Below are positions 52,785-64,000 of a stretch of DNA of 64,000 bases, one piece after another; the stretch's first letter is position 1, and every line of letters begins with the position of its first letter. The notes beneath the pieces are model-generated. The model was not told where the DNA came from. It saw nothing but the letters and a program-made list of their open reading frames with translations, and did no database searches. Position numbers and translations under genes: made by a program. Origin of the DNA: Octopus vulgaris (Eukaryota); contig OX597817.1 in assembly GCA_951406725.2 (NCBI GenBank), positions 42,532,001 through 42,596,000 of the forward strand, given 5' to 3'.

Positions 52785-53808
52785 TTATTGGGTAAAAAGG
52801 AATGGAGACGAATTATTTGATGTAGCAATGGGGAGCTATGGCAAGGTAGAGATAGCTGGCCTCGTAGGCCTTTATATATTAGATGTCCTTAGAAAAGAAA
52901 TAAAAAAGCTAACACAGATTTATACAGGGACAATAGCCTAGGAGTAGTAGATAATAAAAATGGACATGATATGGATAGAATAAGGAAAAAAATTATGTAA
53001 AATATTTAGCCAACTAAGCCTAAGAAGTACAATTACTACAAACCTTAAAGAAGTCGACTTCCTAGACATTAACATGAATCATAACACAGGAAAATTTAAT
53101 CCCTACCACAAAGAAAACGAAGAAGCCTCATACATAGGCATAAGTTCCAACAACCCACCAGCAGTAATTAAACAAATAGTTAACAATATTAGCAATCGAG
53201 TTTCCAATTTATCTGTCGACAGAGACACTTTTGAAAAAGCCACCCCATATTATAATGCTGCATTAGAAAGGTCCTACTTCAAGAATAGCATACAATACAT
53301 TGAACCAAGCACAAAAAGACCAAGAACATACAAACAGAGAAAAATCCTATGGTTCAATCCACTTTATAGCATGAATGTAGCTAGGAAATTTTTAAAACTA
53401 ATAGACAACCACTTTCCACATTCACACAAATACCACAAAATCTTCAACAGAAATACTATAGTTGTCTCCCCAATATAGAGTCAATAATACTTAATCACAA
53501 TAAACATAAACACACCAGAAACTCTCCAGAAAGACAACTTCAGATCTCCAAACCACTGCCCTCTAAACAACAACTGTCTTGAGAAAGAATTCGTATACAA
53601 GGACAAGGTCACAGACCCCAAACAAAATACCAATGACATATATTGGAATGATGAGAAACTTGTTCAAGGAAAGGTATATGCAATACCTTGATCATTCAGA
53701 GACAAAAACAGAAAACACATGACATCCCTATCAAATATAATATGGACACTGAAAGAAGGTAGGATAAGCAACCCCCAGATAGAGTGGAAAATTATTGCTA
53801 AAACCCCA
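52785..53808 (+). mobile_element. Penelope-like element fragment (RT core to endonuclease), inverted relative to 51915-52750
   Basis: LFDVAMGSYG..EIAGLVGLYIL, LYRD.., VDFLDINMN, WFNPLYS, NHFPHSHKYHKIFNRNT; frameshifts and stops. Confidence 0.9.
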
Positions 53809-53850
53809 CCAAAAAAATATATATATATATCAAGAAAGAAAATGCACAGA

Positions 53851-53878
<28 letters not shown>

Positions 53879-53882
<4 letters not shown>

Positions 53883-54080
53883 TAAAATATTTACACAGCC
53901 AACCAGTTTTGCTTTTGCTAATCATGACTAAGAAATTAGTTAAGAAATTAGAAAGAACTTTCCTGCTACTAATATGGACTAAAAATTTCTTATTATACCA
54001 GGAAATTGTAATATTTTCACTAATTTCTTTGCCATCATTAGCAAAAGCGAAACCAGTTGACTACGTGAATATTTTATCTC
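53879..54080. repeat. Inverted repeat, about 62 bp arms with a 78 bp spacer
   Basis: gagataaaatattt...taagaaattagt versus actaatttctt...aatattttatctc. Confidence 0.88.
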
Positions 54081-54194
54081 ACAAAAAATATATATATATT
54101 GGGCATTTCCTTCGTTTTAATTTTTTTTTTTACTACAATCACCAATTGGGGAAAAAAATCTCTCCAATAAAGCTCTTCAATATATGTGTGTGTG

Positions 54195-54252
<58 letters not shown>

Positions 54253-54777
54253 GGTGGGTGTGTGTGTGTGTATATATACATATATTCTGGTAGATCTTAC
54301 CAAAACCAATTGGTAAGATCAGCTGGAATAGATCAATAATACTTTATACTTTCATTAATATACTTACTCTTGTGACAAATATACAAGTGCATATTTTTCT
54401 GACTTATAGATTTTTACACAATTGTGTGGGTGTTTGGATGTGCGTGCGCATTTGTGTGTAATGTATGAAGGATTGCATCCTCAGACCATAGTTTCATTCA
54501 TTTGACACTTGGATCGTGGGCAATAAAATCATTGAAATGAAGCTGGGCTGAACATGTTGAAAGGATGAAGATTCTGAAAGACAAGAATCGAAAAGACTGC
54601 AATTCACTATGGAAACAGAAGACAACAATGAACAAGAAGGAGAGGTGAATTGGATAGATTTGATATAAATTAGAGATTAGGTACTCAAAGTCTGGTTATT
54701 GAAAAACCAACCTATAATTTTCCAGTGTCATCATGGTGAATTTCTGAACTGTTTTAAGTGCAAACACACACACATAA

Positions 54778-54835
<58 letters not shown>

Positions 54836-54854
54836 TTCTATTCTTATATTCTTT

Positions 54855-55293
54855 TATTTGCATTAGTCATGTCACTGTGGCCATGCTGGAGCACTGCCTT
54901 TAGTCGAGCAAAATGAACCCAAAACTTATTCTTTGTAAACTTAGTACTTATTCTGCTGGTCTCTTTCACTGAACTGCTAAGTTACGTGGACATAAACACA
55001 CCAACATCGGTTGTCAAGCGATGGTTAAAGGACAAATGCAGACACACAAACATATACATACATACCATACATATACATATATATACATATATATATATAT
55101 ATGTGTGTATATATATATATGTGTATATATACAACAGCCTTCTTTCAGTTTCCATCTACCAAATCCACTCACAAGGCTTTGGTTGGCCTGAGGTTATAGT
55201 AGAAGACACTAGCCCAAGGTGACACACAGTAGAACAGATCCCAGAACTGTGGTTAGAAAGCAAGCTTCTTACCACACAGCCACTCCTGTACCT
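54855..55293 (-). mobile_element. SINE family B
   Basis: Family motifs. Confidence 0.88.
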
Positions 55294-55545
55294 AAGCATA
55301 TATGTGTGTGTGTGTGTATATGTATATATGTATAAATATATATATATGTATATAATTATAGAGTAGTGGTACAACAAAGTACCACTGTAAAGTATACTAA
55401 CCATCTCAATATGGCTAACCACTAAGGGTGGGTGTTACTGTAGCTTTTAGCCCCAGGAGATCATCGTCTCCAGCTGGCTTTAGGCACACTTTCTGTGCAC
55501 TTATGGTATTTGCAAAGGGAGGTCATCCCTCTCTCGTAAACCTAA

Positions 55546-55604
55546 GTGACACGCACAGACTGCAGTTTCTAGGTATTTGCCTGTCTTCAGCATACTGCAG
55601 TCAC
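55546..55604 (-). ncRNA. Type I hammerhead ribozyme, core intact
   Basis: Minus strand: gtgac-tgca-gtatg-CTGAAGA-cagg(caaata)ccta-GAAA-ctgcag-TC-tgtgc-gt-gtcac. Confidence 0.78.
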
Positions 55605-55856
55605 CGTGGAAATAGAAGTTGATACATTTACGACGATATAGTAAAGCTTCATTGTGTATATACTGGCAAGGACATGTGAGGGCAGCAAACATAAAAAAAT
55701 TTTGTCTTACCTCTAGGAAGAACATTAGATAAATGGACAACCAGAATACATATGAGTGTATATATTAATATATATATACATACATACATACAAACATACA
55801 TACATACATACAAACATACATACATACATACATACATACATACATACATACATACA

Positions 55857-55892
<36 letters not shown>

Positions 55893-57086
55893 TATACATC
55901 CACATGAACAGAGTGATAAAGAATATACAGACATACACACTTAACCACACACACACATACACACAAGCACACATAACACCCCTCATATATACATGCACAA
56001 CCTCGTATGATGGTATATAGAGGGTACACTTTTCCTCCCTCTCACTCTCTCTCCCACTCTGTCATTCTCTCTCACTCTCTTTTTCTGTCATTCTCTTTCT
56101 CTCTCTCTCCCACTCTCTCTCTCACTCTCTCTCTCTCTCTCCCTGTCTCTTTCTCTCACCCTGACAGAGTGAATGTGTATTGTGTGTGTATGTGTATGTA
56201 TGTTTGTGTGTATGCATGTATGTTTGTGTGTATGCCTGCATGTATGTATGTATGTATGTATGTATGTATGTATGTATGTATGTAGCTAAGCTACATATGT
56301 TTGTGTGTATGTATATATGTATACATGTGTGCATTGCATGTCTGTGTATGTCTGTATGTGTGTGTGTGGTGGGGTGTAAATTTATCTGTGCAAGAGGAAA
56401 TACAAATGTAAATTTAAATTTTAAATAAAGTAGAAAAATTAGAAATATTTAATAATTTTTCTCATTTCGAAATTAATTTTTCTTCTTTTCAATAAATTTT
56501 CTTAATTTAGATGCTAACTAACTGAAATCTTTCATATGCTCACAGAAAGAATTTTGGTATTGAAAGAAATTAATTGGAAGCACAACTTCTACGAGGTCAT
56601 TCAATCTACTAGAAAAAGCAGCTTATTCTCTCTCAGACCACAAACTATTGTCCTGAAAAATAACAAAAGGTCATCATCATCATCACCACCACCGCCAAAT
56701 TCACCACCTTTGTGACTGCCATCATCATCATCCTCACCCCCACCCGCTGACATCGCCAGCATAGTTCAACTTATTTCTGGTTTAATATTTTTGATACCAG
56801 CTTGCACGAAACCACCCTTAATTCTTCTATGATTCAAACTTCCTGTTTTAACGAGATCTAAATTAAGACCTTCCATCAAGATTCTGCGTTAATTTATGTT
56901 CCAAAAATCAGCTTTAGGATGACAAAGTTATTTTACTAAATTCCTCATTGTTTCCAAAATAAACTGAAGCAAAAACAAGCATATTTCAAGAAAAACATGG
57001 TAACAAAAGGGTTAACACTGGCTTCCTTTAAATAAACTATTTCCTCTTAGCTGAGAACAATCATAACCCTCAAGAATTGTTTAAAC

Positions 57087-57869
57087 TGGTGGATCTCAGT
57101 CAGGGTCCACATGACCTTTAGGGGTCCACATAAGATTTTGTTGTTCAAGTTTTTCTTTTTTCTTTTATCTTTTATCTTTTGCTTATTTCAGTCATTAGAC
57201 TCTGGTCATACTGGAGCACTGTCTTTAATAATCTTTTAGCTAAAGGAATCGACCCCAGTACTTTTTTGTTTGTTAAGCATGGTACTTATGCTATCAGTCT
57301 CTTTTGTTGAACCACTAAGTTACAGGGATGCAAGCACACCTACACTGGATGTCAAACGGTGGTAGGGGAACAAAGACAGACACTCACACACACACATACA
57401 TACACACACGCATTGATATATATGTATGAATATATTTGAGGGGCTTTTTTCAGTTTCCATCTACCAAATCCACTTACAAGGCTTTGATTGGCCCAAGGCT
57501 ATAGTACTAGACACTTGCCCAAGTGAACCCGGAACCATATGATTGGGAAGCAAGCATCTTACCACACAGCCATGCCCATACCTATGAGCAATAAATTGGT
57601 CATACTTCTGAAATACACAAAATATTTCAAGAATTTTTTAATACAATCTTTAATAATATTTAATCCTAAAAATACACTCTTTACTCTTTTACTTGTTTCA
57701 GTCATTTGACTGTGGCCATGCTGGAGCACCACCTTTAGTCGAGCAAATCGACCCCAGGACTATTCTTTGTAAGCCTTGTACTTATACTATCGGTCTCTTT
57801 TTCCGAACTGCTAAGTTACGGGGACGTAAACACACCATCATCGGTTGTCAAGCAATGTTGGGGGGACAA

Positions 57870-57909
<40 letters not shown>

Positions 57910-58179
57910 ACATATATGCAACGGGCTTCTTTCAGTTTCTGTCTACCAAATCCACTCACAAGGCCTGGTTGGCCCACGGCTATAGTAGAAGACACTTGCC
58001 CAAGGTGCCACGCAGTGGGACTGAACCCAGAACCATGTGGTTGGTAAGCAAGCTACTTACAATACAGCCACTCCTGCACCTATGACAGGATTTTTTAAAC
58101 TTCAAATGGTTATTTGGGTTCATCTGAATAAAATAGGAATCATAAGGGTCCATAGGTAAAAAATAGTTGAGTACCACTG
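57087..58179. mobile_element. hAT-like MITE containing two SINE B copies (57180-57585 and 57677-58082, minus)
   Basis: Termini tggtggatctca / tgagtaccactg; 8 bp TSD gtttaaac / gtttaacc. Confidence 0.75.
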
Positions 58180-59758
58180 GTTTAACCCTTTTGTTACTGT
58201 ATTTTATTTTGAGATGCTCTGTGTTTCTTTCAATTACTTTAAATATAACAAAGAATTTAGTAAGATAACTTAGTTATCATTAAGCTAGTGTTAGGAACAT
58301 AAATTGTGACTAAGGTTTGGTGGAAGATTTTAATTAAAAAATTATGAAAACACATACCGCACACATACCACACACATACCCCTCTTCATAAATAAATGCA
58401 TGTGTGTGTGAGTAAATGCTATCACATGATTCACAGCTACCCCATTCAACAGCAGCTCTGTTACTCATAAGAACATAGAACAAATTTTGGATATAGTAAA
58501 AAGTGCCACCACTATGCAGCATGACAGAAAATAATGAAGAAGCAACAAATACCTGACTACAAATTTGAGAAAATTCTAATGCTCTGAGGAGAAAGCCAGA
58601 GATTAAAAAAAAAATATGTGTACCCATGACTACAAGAATGGTTGGAGTTTGAAAGAATGGCTAGAGGATGACTACAAGGAAATCTTTCAAGCGAGTAATG
58701 GAGAGTTCAGTCATTTCAATATTGTACAATCTACAAATTAAAGAAAGGATAAGGTAAAATATATTGATAGCTGCAAGTAATAATGTATAAAGAATATGAA
58801 AAAATGTTATACAAAATGGAGAACATAATAGCAATGATTCATTGCCAATGAATATAAAATGTTGTTCCCCTTCAGATAAAATGAAAAAAGGGCTTAATAC
58901 ATACAGGGGAATATATATATAAGACTTCAAGTTAACATCTATATCAATTTATGACATGTTGATCTGAATCAAAGCCAGTTGCAAGTCATGAAGTATCTGT
59001 ATACATACATAATTGTTTATTGTTTATGACGGCCCATCAAAAGTGATGACAGCCAAGACAGTCGTCCCCCTCTGCCTCCGGCATATTGTGTCCCATAAGA
59101 GCAGGCATGGCTCACAAGACTGATATGAGATTGGCAGATTCTTTGGTACTGACAGCACTGAAAGTGACCCCAAACAACAGCCACAGTGGGAATGGCACAC
59201 ACACACATAGATACAGTAAATAACATATCCTTCAAACACTTCCCCAGCTACCTATGCCCAATTGCCATATTGATTCCCTCTCCCATTCATCTCCTAATCT
59301 CCTTTCACAATCACTCAAATTTACCCACCCACTCACCCTGTCCAGTCTCTGGCCCACTTCACTATATACACCTCTGAATAACTTGGATGTAAACCCTATC
59401 ACATTTTTACCATCATATTCTTTCTCTTTTTCTTCTCTTCTCTCTCTCCCCATCTCTCTCTCTCTCTTTCTCTCCCCATCTCTCTCTCTCTCTCTCTTTC
59501 CATTCTTTCTCCAACTGAGGTAGCCATGTATCTCCTCTACTACAAGATACCTATTTCTGTCCCTCTATTAATGCTCTAATTTCTCGTCACCTGGTACAAA
59601 TCCACCTCCTTCAATATTCTTTTCTACTCTAGGCACAAGGCCTGTACACAACAGGTACTTAATTTATCAACCCTGAAAGGACAATATCAAAGGGAGATAA
59701 TCTCCTTTAAAATGAGGCTTTTCCCCCTCCGTATTTTAAAGAGGTCTCAGGCCAGCAG

Positions 59759-59830
59759 TGTTTGGGGTTTGAAGATATGCCGTACAGCTAAACTCCTTAT
59801 GAGTGAGAAACCCAGGGTAACCCCATAAAC
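59759..59830 (+). ncRNA. Degenerate hammerhead motif (C3 to T)
   Basis: gtttggggt-tTGAAGA-...-GAAA-cccaggg-TA-accccataaac. Confidence 0.6.
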
Positions 59831-60154
59831 CAGCCTACTCCACTATAATATTTACTGCTCTACATCTTATGCACTGCTTCTCCTCCGGATATATGTATTT
59901 CTACAAATGATTCTATATATATATAACAGGCTTCTTGCAGTTTCCACTCACAAGGCCTTGCTTACCCAGAGGTTATAGTAGAAGACTATGGTTCCATACA
60001 GTGGGACTGAACCTGAAACCAAGTGGTTGGGATGCAAGCTTGTTAACCATATAGTCAAGGTGGTGCCTCATCATAGCCACAACTTCATGACTGAAACAAG
60101 TAAAAAAAAAAGTAAAAGATATAAACATATATATATTATTTTATTTTATTTATG

Positions 60155-60457
60155 CGCCCTTTTCAAGCCTAACCAGGCTCATGGGCCCGGTTTCCAGGTT
60201 TCTATGATGTATGTGTTCCCCCCAGCTGGATGGGATGCCAGTCCATTGCAGCGTTACTCAAGAAACAAGAAGAAAGAGTGAAAAAAAGTTGGGGCGAAAG
60301 AGTACAACAGGGGTCGCCACCACCCCCTGCTAGAGCCTCGTGGAGCTTTTAGGTGTTTTTGCTCGATAAACACACACAACATCCAGTCTGGGAATCGAAA
60401 CTGCAATCCTCCGACCGCAAGTCTGCTGCCCTAACCACTGGGCCATTGTGCCTCCAC
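60155..60457 (-). mobile_element. SINE family C
   Basis: Head tggaggcacaatggcccagtggttagggcagcagac...gtttcgattccc. Confidence 0.88.
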
Positions 60458-60907
60458 ATATATATATATATATGTATGTAGTGAGAGAGGGAGAGAGGTG
60501 GGTCTTAAGCAATGTACATATGTAGGATATGTAAATATACAGAGTTGCCATGCTGTGAATAAGAAAAGAAATAAGAGAAGAGTTTTCTATAGACATGGAA
60601 ATATATATTCATTATTATTACAAAGATTTAATCATGAATCACTCCTGATTGAAGTAATACTAATATATTAAGTAATACGAATGAGAATAAACATGGATGC
60701 ATGTGTACGACAAGTAGCAGTGACAGTTTAAAGTGCTTGGTCAATAATAGCAAACTGTCGACATAGGCTGGTTGGCTGGATGGTCAGTTTAATAGAAACC
60801 ATGACCGCAGCTGGCTTCCTGTCACTGTGTTATAGCTATGATTATTGAAGTAGTCATTCTCTAATGTGGAAGTGGTAGAGACTGTTATTCTGGGTCAGCT
60901 GCGTTAA

Positions 60908-61409
60908 CCCTTTAGCATTCAGATAACTCTGTCGAACGTAATCCCTATTTATTCACATTGTTTTGAATTAATCATGAGTTATCATGTAGCTTCAAAATTT
61001 CACTGATGTAACTGTTTTATTTTTAGAATGACATTGTAGGGTAGATTGGAAAGACTGGATCTGGTTTGTTTGAACATAAAACAGAGAATCATCACCATCA
61101 TTGTTCGACCTTGGTCGAGACAATGGAATTTACTATATTACGCCAGACTTCATGGTCCATCATAGCATTACGAAGGTCCTGTTGCTGGATGCCTGTATCC
61201 CTGGAGATTACATCAGGGTAGGAGAGTGTGCTCCCTCTGGTATCGTGAGCAGATGGCTTCCAGAGGAGAAGACTAGTAATTACCTCATTTTCAGCTCTAC
61301 AACAATGTCCAGCAAACTGGACTCTTCTACCTTTCACAAGAGATGATACAGGTGGTAATTTCCCAGAGAATATTTTGGGCCTGGTATGGCCAATGTAAAT
61401 GCTAAAGGT
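60908..61409. mobile_element. TTAA-flanked MITE with an inserted RTE-group LINE 3' fragment (about 61090-61370, minus)
   Basis: TIRs ttaa-ccctttagcatt / aatgctaaaggt-ttaa; insert encodes RRVQFAGHCCR...AMMDHEVWR. Confidence 0.78.
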
Positions 61410-61857
61410 TTAAGGGAGAAAACTGCTTTATTGGTATGTTGATCAGAAGTTGGTCACCAATTGCTCCAAATCAATTCTTTGTCCCGGTTTGTATCATGAA
61501 GTTAAGCTGGCAATATAAGAAAGAAGAGCCAGAATGGCCACATAGAACCAGGTCTTCTGTCTCCAGCATTGATGCAGTTGTGACAAGTATCAGAACAACG
61601 GGGAGACAACAAGGAGAACAAAGGGGAAATGAGTTGAGATTCCCCATTAGTGAAGAGAAAAATTAGTGGTTCAAAGCACAGCAAGATTTCCCATTCCATC
61701 ATCATCATCGTCCTTGTAATCATCTTCATCGTCGTCGTCGTCGTTATCATCATCATCATCATCATTTGACAGCTGTTTTTCATGTTGACATATGTTACAT
61801 GGTTTGACAAGAGCAGATATACCAGATGACGGTACTATGCTCCACTCTCTCATACAC

Positions 61858-62240
61858 TTTCACTTGTTTCAGTCATTTGACTGCGGCCATGCTGGAGCAC
61901 CACCTTTAGTCGAGCAAATCAACCCTAAGACTTATTCTCTGTAAGCCTAGTACTTCTTCTATCAGTCTATTTTGCCGAACCGCTAAGTTACAGGGATGTA
62001 AACACACCAGCATCAATTGTCAAGCAATGTTGAGGAGACAAACACAGACACACAAACACATACACACACATACATATATATATATATACGACGGGCTTCT
62101 TTCAGTTTCCGTCTACCAAATCCACTCACAAGGCATTGGTCGGGCCGAGGCTATAGTAGAAGACACTTGCCCAAGGTGCCACGCAGTGGGACTGAACCCA
62201 GAACCATGTAGTTGGTAAGCAAACTACTCACCACACAGCA
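61858..62240 (-). mobile_element. SINE family B
   Basis: Family motifs. Confidence 0.9.
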
Positions 62241-63143
62241 ACCCCTGTCTACTTTGGCATGCTACCTATGGCTGGATGCCCATCCTAATGCCAGGTACTT
62301 CAAAGAATGTTCTGGGTGCTCTATTTATGTAACACCAGCACTAGTGAAGTCACCAAGAAACACACAAATCAAAACCCCTCGACTGAGATGGAGTGCCGTA
62401 TTGAGGGAGGTGGCTTTATTCCAGGTGGTGAGAGGTTAAAGTATGATAGGACAGGAACAGGTGTTTTGCTGTAGGGAAGATACATGGCTACCCCAGTTGG
62501 AAAAGAAAGAGGGAAAGAGGGAGAGAGGAGAGAGAGAATATAGTGATGAAAATGTGTGTGGGCATATATATATATATATATATATATATGTTTATATGTG
62601 AATTCGTGTGTTGAAACAGGGTATTGTTGTATTTGGGGATGGTCATGCTGCCAGTTTAGCCAATAAAAACAGGGGGTACTGATAATGCAGGCACATTCCC
62701 ACACACACACACTTACTAAGCATAGACACACACAGGGATATGCGCATGCACAAATAAAGACATATACAACAGGAATACAAAATAGCAGGTTATTAGGAAG
62801 GAGAGACACACAAAAAAGAAAGAAGAAAGCAAAGGACCACTGATGAGGTCACAGAAGTGTGACGAAAGGACTCTGGCTGAAATACAATTAATATGAAATA
62901 AAGCAAGCGAACACCAAATTAGACAATTCACTGTTACACTCACATACACACACACACACACTCATGCACACACACACACATTCATGCACACACACTCACA
63001 CACACACACACACACTCATGCACACACACACACACACTCATGCACACACACACACACACTCATGCACACACATACACACACACACACAAACTCATGTACA
63101 CACACAGAGGGCACACCTACAAGGGGTACAATCATATATATAA

Positions 63144-64000
63144 CTGTACCTACCGCTTATAATATACACAGATATGAAGGAAGTAAATAGACACCTTTAG
63201 TCTTTGAAATTTCTGATCTAAGCCTCTTAATGTTTTCAGCGGTGTAGAATTTATAATGTAATTATTCTTTTTCATTCCAGGTGCCATTATATTGAACATT
63301 TGTGAAGAGTAACCATGCCACACACAAAAATTCAGCAGAACTGTCAGATTTTCAAAGACATCATATTGTTGGACAATCTGAAGTTGGTCATAGCCAGCGA
63401 AAAATTGACAAAAATCTTCAAATTCCTCTTGCTACTGTTAACAGAGTTATAGTGCAATTCAAAAGCCAAGGAAAAGAATCAACAGATTCTCGTCCCAGCC
63501 AACCTGTGCCTTCGTAAAGGAAGCTTTGCTGTTTGAAGAGAATTGTGGAAAACAAACCCCATTCAAAGGCTTCTGACATTGCAAAACAACTAGAAGTTAA
63601 TCCAAGAGCATGTGTTACATATCTGCATAAGCTTGGGTATTATGGACAAGCAGCTAGAAGAAAACCTCTCCTTCAACCAATTAATATCATGAAAAGAAAG
63701 AAATGGGCTAAAGAGATATCAGAAAAATCCAGTTCATTTTGGAATATAGTGATTTTCTCAGATGAATCCAGATTTGCATTATTTTCAGACAGTGGACGTG
63801 TTTGGGTCTAGAGGTTTCTCAACCAAGAATTTGATTTGAAACGACCCCAACCAACTGTGAAACATGGCAGTATCTCTATAATGGTATGGGGAGCTGTGAC
63901 CAGCAATGGTCGTTCTGAGCTGATCAAACGTGTTGGAACCATAAACTCTGAAAAATACATTGAAATACTTAAGCAATGACTACTTCCAATGTATTTACAT
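63144..64000 (+). mobile_element. Tc1-family transposon, pseudogenised transposase, runs off the window end
   Basis: [56 protein letters not shown]; stops and frameshifts. Confidence 0.92.

Noticed and set aside
53074-53478. 134 aa ORF as an intact gene
   Set aside because: Internal fragment of a frameshifted Penelope-like ORF.

Overview
AT-rich, microsatellite-saturated, non-coding eukaryotic DNA. The SINE, RTE and mariner repertoire looks like a coleoid cephalopod, most likely Octopus; this is from recall of those families, not a search. I find no credible host protein-coding exon, and almost all listed ORFs are microsatellite or repeat artefacts. The window is a nested transposon graveyard: three tRNA-derived SINE families in dozens of copies, a 2.3 kb 5'-truncated RTE LINE plus many RTE 3' ends, an R4/Dong fragment, an inverted pair of Penelope-like RT/GIY-YIG fragments, two deleted mariners, a Tc1, four non-autonomous Helitrons, and hAT- and piggyBac-like MITEs. 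The main hidden signal is RNA structure. (1) About 12 type I minimal hammerhead ribozyme motifs of roughly 10 unrelated sequence families, with palindromic (dimer-type) stem III; two have intact cores and stems. (2) One hammerhead family sits in a tRNA-head/(AAT)n/hammerhead composite with an inverted 5' duplication, a candidate Penelope-mobilised, self-cleaving SINE. (3) The RTE 3' UTR carries an 11-unit tandem array of hairpin plus H-type pseudoknot modules, and its RT has a PHD-type finger inserted. (4) Fold-back palindromes recur at insertion junctions. All structures were paired by eye, and repeat boundaries are approximate.
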